NCBI GenBank assembly: GCA_043228905.1
Contig: JBHGNT010001473.1
Span: 1-7,878, forward strand
DNA: 7,878 bases
Reading direction: 5' to 3'
DNA from: Azolla caroliniana
Lineage: Eukaryota; Plantae; Polypodiophyta
Below are positions 7,512 through 7,878 of the stretch, piece by piece (positions within the stretch are counted from its first letter, which is position 1; each line of letters starts with the position of its first letter). The notes below the pieces were generated by a model that did not search any database, was not told where the DNA came from, and was given only the letters and a program-made list of their open reading frames with translations. Position numbers and translations under genes: made by a program.

Positions 7512-7553
7512 TTTGTTAAAATGACTTGAATTAATTGTTGTGGATTATGGAAA

Positions 7554-7682
7554 GCCACGTATCTCATCTGCATGATCTACACAAAGCATGATGACTAATT
7601 GAAAGACTTAATGAGTAAGCTATATGCTTTGTTGATTATATTGCAAAGTCATCACTCTTGGTGAATATATGAAGGCCACGTG
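7554..7682 (+). promoter_or_regulatory. Two G-box/ABRE-like elements in Copia U3 (GCCACGTA at 7554-7561; GCCACGTG at 7675-7682)
   Basis: Direct motif matches upstream of the TATA box. Confidence 0.55.
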
Positions 7683-7717
7683 CATCATTACTATGTAAAA
7701 GTCGGTGAAGTGAGGGC

Positions 7718-7725
7718 TATAAATA
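7718..7725 (+). promoter_or_regulatory. TATA box of the Copia LTR
   Basis: ggcTATAAATA about 205 nt into the LTR. Confidence 0.8.
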
Positions 7726-7878
7726 AAGGCAACCTTAGTCATTTGATGGGGCATCCGAAAATTGAAGACTACCAAGAGTTGTAGGCTTGTGAGATTTGAG
7801 AGAATTAGAGAGTTTGGGAAACACTATTTGAGAGAAAATTCTTGTGAGAGAATTGTGAGGTTATTCTCTTGGGTGTTG

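Larger units (their letters stand above)
5251..7878 (+). mobile_element. Ty1/Copia LTR retrotransposon, 3' portion (Tnt1/Tork-like), interrupted by the Gypsy element
   Basis: Order is INT-RT-RNaseH, the Copia order, followed by PPT AAGGTGGAGA and a TGTT LTR start. The lineage call comes from motif resemblance only. Confidence 0.96.
7514..7878 (+). repeat. Copia 3' LTR (truncated by the window end)
   Basis: TGTT begins 2 nt after the PPT. Contains a TATA box and a downstream GA/GT-rich region typical of Copia LTRs. Confidence 0.85.

Noticed and set aside
7016-7573. Minus-strand ORFs 7016-7228 and 7367-7573 (also 5168-5404)
   Set aside because: They are antisense shadows of Copia pol and LTR junctions with no motifs.

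Overview
This is plant-type nested LTR-retrotransposon DNA, with both elements on the + strand and no host gene. Positions 1-5250 hold a compact Ty3/Gypsy chromovirus. The window opens on the likely tail of its tRNA-Met PBS. A leader follows, then gag with a CCHC knuckle, then PR-RT-RNaseH-INT-chromodomain pol in the same reading frame. TAG codons at 688 and 1213 break that frame. A PPT precedes a 572-bp 3' LTR (4679-5250, TGTT...AACA). This element sits inside the integrase of a decayed Ty1/Copia element (Tnt1/Tork-like). The Copia resumes at 5251 with INT C-terminus, RT and RNaseH, and carries five in-frame stops. Its PPT and the start of its 3' LTR (7514 to window end) close the window. The most interesting signals are non-coding: a CCGG hairpin array at the Gypsy LTR end, splice-like signals around the LTR and leader, a TAG at the gag-pol boundary, and stem-loops at both PPTs. 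I see no firm evidence for a wholly new system; these signals are testable hypotheses.
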